From the NCBI GenBank assembly GCA_963674785.1, contig OY771555.1, forward strand, positions 320,001 through 384,000: a stretch of DNA of 64,000 bases, in the 5' to 3' direction. The stretch comes from Caldisericia bacterium. GTDB taxonomy: Bacteria; Caldisericota; Caldisericia; JAAYUI01. Of the stretch, positions 57,876-64,000 are shown piece after piece; position 1 is the first letter of the stretch; every line of letters begins with the position of its first letter. The position numbers were made by a program, and so were the translations under genes. The notes below the pieces were generated by a model. That model had not been told where the DNA came from. It did no database searches and was given only the letters and a program-made list of their open reading frames with translations.

Positions 57876-59003
57876 TTAGATAACCATTCCAAATATCCAT
57901 CCAGCAAACGCTGAAAGGACTATTACAAGAGCAAAGAAAACAAGTGATTTCTTCGCTCCAAGAACTTTGTAAACAATCAACATCGAAGGAAGGGAAAGTG
58001 CAGGTCCCGCAAGAAGCATTGATAGAGCAGGCCCATCACCCATGCCTGACTTCATGAAACCTTCTACAATCGGGATTTCTGTGAGAGTTGCGAAGTACAT
58101 AAACGCACCAGAAATTGATGCTGCAAAATTTGATAGAATTGAGTTTCCTCCAACGGCAGTTTCAATCCATTCTTTTGGGATGATGTGGAATACGAAACCA
58201 GAAATCAAAACACCAAAGAAAAGAAGCGGTAAAATCTGTTTTGAAAGTGTCCAGACCTGATCCATCCAACCTGTAAGTTTGTTTTTATTCAGATACATCA
58301 CAGAGAACATGATTGTCAAAAGAACAAATCCACCAGCAAGCCACCATTTAATGTTGTATAAGAGTGCTCCAGCAGCACTGTTCCATGTTGCAAAAATAAG
58401 TACAAACACAAGGGAACCGAGGATGAGTCCGGATTTCCAGATTGGGAAATCTGAGCCGTCTGGAGGTACAATCTTGTTGATCCTTTTTTTGTCATCCTCA
58501 TGGAACGCTTTCTCCATGATGATTCCGATCACAATCGAGATGACAACTGCAGAAATAATTCTTGCAATACCAATCTGCCAACCTAGTGCCTTAAATGACA
58601 AAACCATTGCCAGGATATTTATTGCTGGCCCTGAGAAAAGGAAGGTTGTTGCAGGACCAATCCCCGCACCTGAGTTATAGATTCCTGCAAAAAGTGGAAG
58701 TACTGTGCATGAGCAAACAGCAAGAATTGACCCTGAAACAGATGCTGTAAGGTACGCCCAAAATCTTCCAAATGCACCTGACAAAACCTTTATGACAGAC
58801 GTGGTTGAGATCATGTTTGCAATACCACCAGCGATAAACAAGGCTGGGATAAGGCACGTCAAAACATGCTCTCTTGCGTATTCATTGAGCATATCAAATG
58901 ATGCTCCAACGGCATTCATGATGAGGTCAGTTTTGAGGTTTACATAATAGGCGAGAAGGAAAACTCCTAAAAAGATAAGTCCGGTTTTGATTTCTTTTTT
59001 CAT
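57876..59003 (-). CDS. ArsP/DUF318 family permease
   Basis: HVLTCLIPA.FIAG, AVCSCTVLP, GPAIN and MYFATLTE.P motifs. Confidence 0.92.
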   Translation of the reverse strand: MKKEIKTGLIFLGVFLLAYYVNLKTDLIMNAVGASFDMLNEYAREHVLTCLIPALFIAGGIANMISTTSVIKVLSGAFGRFWAYLTASVSGSILAVCSCTVLPLFAGIYNSGAGIGPATTFLFSGPAINILAMVLSFKALGWQIGIARIISAVVISIVIGIIMEKAFHEDDKKRINKIVPPDGSDFPIWKSGLILGSLVFVLIFATWNSAAGALLYNIKWWLAGGFVLLTIMFSVMYLNKNKLTGWMDQVWTLSKQILPLLFFGVLISGFVFHIIPKEWIETAVGGNSILSNFAASISGAFMYFATLTEIPIVEGFMKSGMGDGPALSMLLAGPALSLPSMLIVYKVLGAKKSLVFFALVIVLSAFAGWIFGMVI

Positions 59004-59010
59004 TTTTTCA

Positions 59011-59316
59011 TCAGTTCCTAAAATGGTCAAGCAGACATCCGACACAGAGGAAAATACATTTCATATTCAATGTGTAGACGACTTCCTGACCTTTTTTTTC
59101 AAATGTCACAATTTTTCTAGACCTGAGAAGTGCAAGGTGTTGTGATGCACAAGTTGGTGTGCAGCCCATCAAGTCAGCAATCTGTGAAACTGTGTGTGAG
59201 CCGTGTGTGAGAATCTCAACTATTTTCAGACGCTTCTCAGATGACAACGCACCAAAGACCTCGCTTAGGTTTCTAACGTCTTCATCAGTCAATTTTATCT
59301 GATCTGTTATATTCAT
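59011..59316 (-). CDS. ArsR/SmtB family transcriptional repressor
   Basis: F.ALS...RL.I, SQHL..LR winged HTH; several Cys residues. Confidence 0.93.
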   Translation of the reverse strand: MNITDQIKLTDEDVRNLSEVFGALSSEKRLKIVEILTHGSHTVSQIADLMGCTPTCASQHLALLRSRKIVTFEKKGQEVVYTLNMKCIFLCVGCLLDHFRN

Positions 59317-59339
59317 ATATTCGTATATACGAATATATG
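59314..59339. promoter_or_regulatory. Putative ArsR operator
   Basis: Perfect 26-bp palindrome CATATATTCGTATATACGAATATATG overlapping the arsR start codon. Confidence 0.8.
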
Positions 59340-59414
59340 CAGGTACTGCAATTAAAGCCCGGGGTTTATTGTGTTAAGCTTGACACTTTTTGGTCGACTA
59401 TGATTTTCCCTTTC

Positions 59415-59680
59415 GTCATTCCCAGATTTCATCCCTATGTCATTCCCGACTTGATAGGGAATCCCCTCCCCGTCATGCCGGGCGGTTGCTGAGCTTGTCG
59501 AAGCATGACCCGGCATCCAGAGATACTTTTGTGTCAGAAATTTTCTGTAGGTAATCTTTAGTGGAAGAAAGACAATTTCACCAGACAAAAATGAATTCGA
59601 TCATTTATGCCCTGGTTTCCAGCCTTCGCTGGAAAGACAATCAGGTCGTCTCCCGCACTTGATGCGGGACGGGAATGACG
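59415..59680. repeat. Cluster of REP-like palindromes (BIME/REPIN-like)
   Basis: GTCATTCCCGACTTGATAGGGAATCC, GTCATGCCGGG...CCCGGCATCC, TTTCCAGCCTTCGCTGGAAAGAC, TCCCGCACTTGATGCGGGA and GGGAATGAC. Confidence 0.8.
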
Positions 59681-59720
59681 TAGGAGAACTAGGAATTATG
59701 GGCAACCTGAAGGAGTGGGA

Positions 59721-60098
59721 TTAAAGCGTCTTTGCCAAAAATATCCCACCAAACATAGCAGCATATCCAAGGCTGTTTTGAAGCAGAATATTCAATAATG
59801 CTTTTGAGATCTGGGCACCATTTGCAAGTTTTGTGGTCTCAAGGATGAGTGAAGAAAATGTTGTGAATGCACCCATAAATCCAACAAGGATGAATATTTT
59901 TGTATCTGCTGATATGTCCCATTTTCCATCAAACATCACCCACAAAAATCCGGCAATTGCACAACCAAGAATATTTACTGTGAATGTCCCCCATGGAAAA
60001 TTTCCATTTGTGAAACGCTCAAAAACCTGAACAAGACCGTATCTGCTTAGTGTGCCAACAGCCCCTGAAAGAGCCAATAACCCAATTTTTTGAATCAT
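59721..60098 (-). CDS. crcB: Fluoride channel Fluc
   Basis: GA.G...RY, P.GT..VN..G and GF.GAFTTFSS motifs. Confidence 0.97.
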   Translation of the reverse strand: MIQKIGLLALSGAVGTLSRYGLVQVFERFTNGNFPWGTFTVNILGCAIAGFLWVMFDGKWDISADTKIFILVGFMGAFTTFSSLILETTKLANGAQISKALLNILLQNSLGYAAMFGGIFLAKTL

Positions 60099-60124
60099 GT
60101 TTCTCAATATTCCTTTGCCTGTGT

Positions 60125-60186
60125 GTCTAGGAGTCATCAGCTTTTTAAAAAAGCGGTTTTCAGTTCGGGGAACTCCATCCCCAAGT
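60125..60186 (-). ncRNA. Fluoride riboswitch
   Basis: GGGGATGGAGTTCCCC...AACCGC...GCTGATGACTCCTA matches the crcB-motif consensus and lies directly upstream of crcB. Confidence 0.95.
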
Positions 60187-60314
60187 CCATCATCTAACTA
60201 CTCTATTATTCATGATTTTTCAAGAAAATTCCTTTGTTGTTCACTCACACATTTTTGGGATATTGGAATCCAAATACGTTTGTTTAATTTAAGGTTGAAA
60301 CATGGAACTTTGCA

Positions 60315-60702
60315 ATGATGATTTTGAAATATACTTGGGTTACAAATATCTATATCTTTCTAAGATACACTGTTTGCAAGCATTGTTACTATTTTGGGAA
60401 GATGTGTGGAATCGGCTGGGGTTTGCTTTCTGCCAAGTTGTTTAAAAAAGGAAATGATGAGGATTTCACTTCCAAAAAAAACCCTTACCAGCATTGCTGT
60501 AGCTTATATCCTTTTGACAGTCCCACCAATAATCATTCTTATATATCAGATGATAAAAGGTTTCCACATGACCCAGGTCTACACATTGATTACGTTTTTG
60601 GTCGCTGCGATTTTTAGCTTATTTGTTGAAAAAAGAACCCACTGTATGAAGTGCAAGATGAGGAAGTGTTGCCATGGCTGTGCAGTTCCACTAAAAAACT
60701 AA
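60315..60702 (+). pseudogene. Frameshifted Cys-motif membrane protein
   Basis: One frame gives CKHCYYFGKMCGIGWG..LFKKG, the next gives TM helices and CMKCKMRKC. They join if one A is removed from A8 at 60474-60481. Confidence 0.65.
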
Positions 60703-61632
60703 TCAATCGCTATTCTCAGTCATTGGTAAATAAAGAATCATATCGGTATCACCGAAATCCTCATAATGCTTTTTATGGGTGAATGTCTCTTCTCTCCAGT
60801 GAAGATCACTGTCGCTGCAACAATATTTACCACCTTTTCTCCTGCTTGCCCAGCCAATCATTTTATTCCAGGCATTACGCATATCCTTGAACTTGAATTT
60901 ATATGTTCCAAACCTGCCTGCGTGAAGGGTTTTAATGGGGAATGGGAAACACTCATCTTCACTCCAATCATCAGGGATTGTTATGCAGAATTCATAACCA
61001 TAGAGTTTCTCACCCTCTCTTGGGTCAGGCCAGTTATATCCAAATATCCTGGTACCATCAATATCCAGAAGTCCAACTCTTTTTGCCCAACCACTGATTG
61101 TCTTAAATGAAAGGTCTTCTGGTGATTCACTGATGATTTTATAATAAACCACTCTCATTTCAGGCAGTGTTACTTCAACAACATCACTATATTCATCAAT
61201 TATTTCATCTTTTATATTCACTTTCATTCTCCTCTTTATCTCCTTTGAAAGCAAAGCATTCCCACCTTCAAATAAATCAACTCTATCTAATAATCTTTGA
61301 ATCTTTATCCCAGAAAGCTTTATGAATCCGGGGGTTACCGCAAATACAGATTTAAATGCTCTTGTAAAAGCCTCTTGTGAGCCGTATCCATAATCAAATG
61401 CAACATCAATAAGCTTTCTGTCGTGTTCAAGATAATCTGTAATTGCTTCTGAAAGTCTTCGGAGCCTGATGTATTCACCAATACTCCATCCAGTTAGAGA
61501 CCCAAAGATCCGGTATCCATGAGTTACTGAATAACCCGAAACCGAAATAGCATCATCGGCTGTCAATTCACGCTTCAGATTCTCTTCGATGTAATCAAGT
61601 ACTTTTTGGATTTTTTCAAGATCATTTTCCAC
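60703..61632 (-). CDS. AraC family regulator with a GyrI-like effector-binding domain
   Basis: YIEENL, YIRLRRL and YGYGSQEAFTRAFK..F..TP; C-terminal YGYEFCIT.P. Confidence 0.93.
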   Translation of the reverse strand: MENDLEKIQKVLDYIEENLKRELTADDAISVSGYSVTHGYRIFGSLTGWSIGEYIRLRRLSEAITDYLEHDRKLIDVAFDYGYGSQEAFTRAFKSVFAVTPGFIKLSGIKIQRLLDRVDLFEGGNALLSKEIKRRMKVNIKDEIIDEYSDVVEVTLPEMRVVYYKIISESPEDLSFKTISGWAKRVGLLDIDGTRIFGYNWPDPREGEKLYGYEFCITIPDDWSEDECFPFPIKTLHAGRFGTYKFKFKDMRNAWNKMIGWASRRKGGKYCCSDSDLHWREETFTHKKHYEDFGDTDMILYLPMTENSD

Positions 61633-61767
61633 GAAAAATACTATACCATGAATTCTTTTGCTGTCTTGATAATTTTTACCATGTTTATTTTTTTGAAATG
61701 TTTTTCACTCGAATATGTTTTCCGAAAACTACTTTTCATATAATATATACCTAAGGGGGTAACAATT

Positions 61768-63693
61768 GTGAAAGATTGGAAGATTTTTCTGGCGATGTTT
61801 CTTGTTGTTGTTCTTGTTTCAGGCTGTGGTGCAGACACAGAAAAAGCGGAATTGATTTTTGAGAAGGAATCAAATGATACCAAAGTTGATTCGCAGGTCG
61901 ATAATGAAAGTGATACAAATCCAAAGAATATCGACATCCAACCCACCTGTGATGATTGGATAACAACCTGGAAGGACGACCCAAGTAGCAATCTGAAAAA
62001 GGTCTCTCTTCAAAACTTTGATGAAGTAACAATGATTATCAGCGTTATGAATCCTTGCAAGGAAAAGAGGACATTATATCCCGACATCTATGAGAAACCA
62101 AGGAGAGACTTGGAATTTAAATTTGATAATGAAAGCTATGAAATTGAACCAGGGGAGACTGTCGATATTCCTCTAACAGTTTCGATAACTCCCGATGTAG
62201 AATCATTTCTTGAAGAATATACAATCTATATAGATTTACTGAAGAAACAAGGGTTGAAAAGCTCAAATCCTCTCAAGCTTCAAATTGATTACTCATTTGC
62301 ACAGATTGGAAAAGAGAGGTTTTGCACAAGGCTCATTCCTATGTCAAATGAAAAACAACACAACAGAATTTATAATTTTTTCCACATAAATGATAGTCAA
62401 GTAGTTCTTTCAAATTTCCAACTTGCGCCAGGTGCTGATTGGATGTTTTACACAAAAGGTGTCCCATTTTTGAGATCGATTGATACTAAAACTGGAGAAG
62501 TTCAATGGGAATATTTCCCAGATGATTTGCCAGCACCGATGTGGTACAAAATTATTGATAACAAGCTCTATTTAAAAACTCATGGTTCAGACCCAAACAA
62601 TTTTAGCTTCGAAGATTCTGAGTTCATAAGTATAAATTTGAAAGATGGCAAGAATATTTTCAGACACAACATCAAAAGAACCACTATTTATCATGTCCCA
62701 AATGAAGCGTTTTACTTTGTTGACGGTTTTGGAGAGGAGGAGAGTGGGAATACATATGTCCAGGTAGGCGTAAAATCAGGCGGATGTTTCTATAAAAATG
62801 ATTTCAGCCAGGTTTATAAAACTCTTGAGAATGGAGTAGATATAAGATTCATTGATAATGGTGAAAATTATGAAAGTGATGAGAGAAAAGTAACCATAAA
62901 AAGAGTTGACCCAGAAACCAATCAAACACTATGGCAAATAGACGATAGATACAAATATGCAGTTCCTTTCAGTTACCGTTTCAATCATCCATCTCCCCAA
63001 CCATCTGTTTGGCACCTGAAAGGTGGCGAAGCTGGGTTATTCTATGGCGACTGCATGTGGTTTTACACTCCTCAAAAATATGAATACTTTGCATACAGCA
63101 ATAATACAGAATTTGGCGGTTTGGGTGAAGGCAATTTTATGGCCTATTGTGACGGGGTTGGTTGTCTGGATATTGAGAACGGCAAAATTGTTTGGGAACA
63201 AGATGGATTTGGAAGATTTCAAGTTCTCAATGGTTTACCAATCTCCACTTTTTTTGAGGATAAACTCATTATAAGCAGAACGGAATTCAATGAAGAGAAA
63301 CAGGAGAAAGAATGGCCAAATTACTATATCTCAAAGAAGACTGGAGAAATCTTGGATAGAGTAGTCTCAGATTGCACATCTAAGTACAATTCTCCTGATC
63401 CAGGGGGTTTTGAATACTATATACCAATAGGCGATTACTATTCTCCCGAACAATACCATATCAGACATCTCTATATAAAGAAAGACTGGAGTAGCAACGA
63501 TTTTGAGCAATATGCAGTTAGATTCATAAAACAAGAGAAGAATTTCGAAGACAGAAAAGTTCATTACCAGCTAGTATTAAATCCAGAAGATTTCAACACC
63601 GAGAACTTTGCAGAGATTAGTTACATCGATGGCGGGAACTGCATCTACTTTATTCTTGATGATGTGTTATATTGTTTTGATAAAGAGAAATAG
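61768..63693 (+). CDS. Lipoprotein with an Ig-like domain and a PQQ-like propeller (paralog of 48629-51031)
   Basis: Lipobox VSGC; IDTKTGEVQW and CLDIENGKIVW. Confidence 0.87.
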   Translation: MKDWKIFLAMFLVVVLVSGCGADTEKAELIFEKESNDTKVDSQVDNESDTNPKNIDIQPTCDDWITTWKDDPSSNLKKVSLQNFDEVTMIISVMNPCKEKRTLYPDIYEKPRRDLEFKFDNESYEIEPGETVDIPLTVSITPDVESFLEEYTIYIDLLKKQGLKSSNPLKLQIDYSFAQIGKERFCTRLIPMSNEKQHNRIYNFFHINDSQVVLSNFQLAPGADWMFYTKGVPFLRSIDTKTGEVQWEYFPDDLPAPMWYKIIDNKLYLKTHGSDPNNFSFEDSEFISINLKDGKNIFRHNIKRTTIYHVPNEAFYFVDGFGEEESGNTYVQVGVKSGGCFYKNDFSQVYKTLENGVDIRFIDNGENYESDERKVTIKRVDPETNQTLWQIDDRYKYAVPFSYRFNHPSPQPSVWHLKGGEAGLFYGDCMWFYTPQKYEYFAYSNNTEFGGLGEGNFMAYCDGVGCLDIENGKIVWEQDGFGRFQVLNGLPISTFFEDKLIISRTEFNEEKQEKEWPNYYISKKTGEILDRVVSDCTSKYNSPDPGGFEYYIPIGDYYSPEQYHIRHLYIKKDWSSNDFEQYAVRFIKQEKNFEDRKVHYQLVLNPEDFNTENFAEISYIDGGNCIYFILDDVLYCFDKEK

Positions 63694-63701
63694 CTAGGAA
63701 C

Positions 63702-64000
63702 CTACTTCAACCCTTTATAAAGCTCCCAGAGTGGGCCTGGGAATTTGGTACTGGAACGGTAGTCAGGTTCCCAGAAAACCCTTGCTTCAATGCGTCTACT
63801 GCCTGGGAGTTTCGTGTCGTTCGGGATTTTTTCAAGGATTGTGATTCTCTTGCTTCTTGCGAGTTTGATGTCGATTCTGAAGTATGCAGGGCTTTTACGC
63901 TTTTCAACCTCAAAGGCATTCTGTTGTTTTGTCTGAATATATGCGTTGAAATAAAATGGCCCTTTGAAAACCTTGTCTCCCCAAACTGAACTCAGTTTGA
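63702..64000 (-). CDS. 3' end of a hypothetical protein entering from the right edge (...FPGPLWELYKGLK*)
   Basis: Manual translation: open frame from the edge to TAG at 63702-63704. Confidence 0.65.
   Translation of the reverse strand, partial: KLSSVWGDKVFKGPFYFNAYIQTKQQNAFEVEKRKSPAYFRIDIKLARSKRITILEKIPNDTKLPGSRRIEARVFWEPDYRSSTKFPGPLWELYKGLK

Noticed and set aside
59352-59588. 78-aa ORF across the palindrome cluster
   Set aside because: It is a translation of REP-like repeats with no RBS or recognisable domain.
63707-63919. 70-aa ORF in the track
   Set aside because: A different minus-strand frame is open from the window edge to 63702 and is the more plausible gene.

Overview
AT-rich bacterial chromosome segment from an anaerobic amino-acid fermenter. 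The many Cys-rich PQQ-like beta-propeller and 'stalk' (copper-amine-oxidase N-terminal-like) surface proteins suggest Caldisericia, but that is inference only. Core genes are tRNA-Ser(GGA), miaA, a receiver plus HD-GYP pair, GH2, metK, TPR/roadblock/rsmI/sbcD/sbcC, mscS, hutI-ftcD, buk-ptb-gdhA, an arsR-arsP-thioredoxin-ccdA operon, a fluoride riboswitch with crcB, and an AraC/GyrI regulator. These are interleaved with lipoprotein and surface-protein genes. I found no integrase, transposase or CRISPR array. The most notable signal is a recurring insertion scar: two surface-protein cassettes are each followed by a diverged, mostly synonymous ~50-nt duplicate of the 3' end of the gene just upstream (sbcC 20449-20498 vs 22390-22439; hypothetical gene 51668-51721 vs 54564-54617). 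There is also a deleted 3' duplicate of tRNA-Ser and an orphan signal-peptide mini-ORF. Together these suggest integrase-free, homology-anchored acquisition of surface-protein cassettes from relatives. Also present are REP-like palindrome clusters (one nested), several enzymes lacking catalytic residues, and a homopolymer-frameshifted gene.
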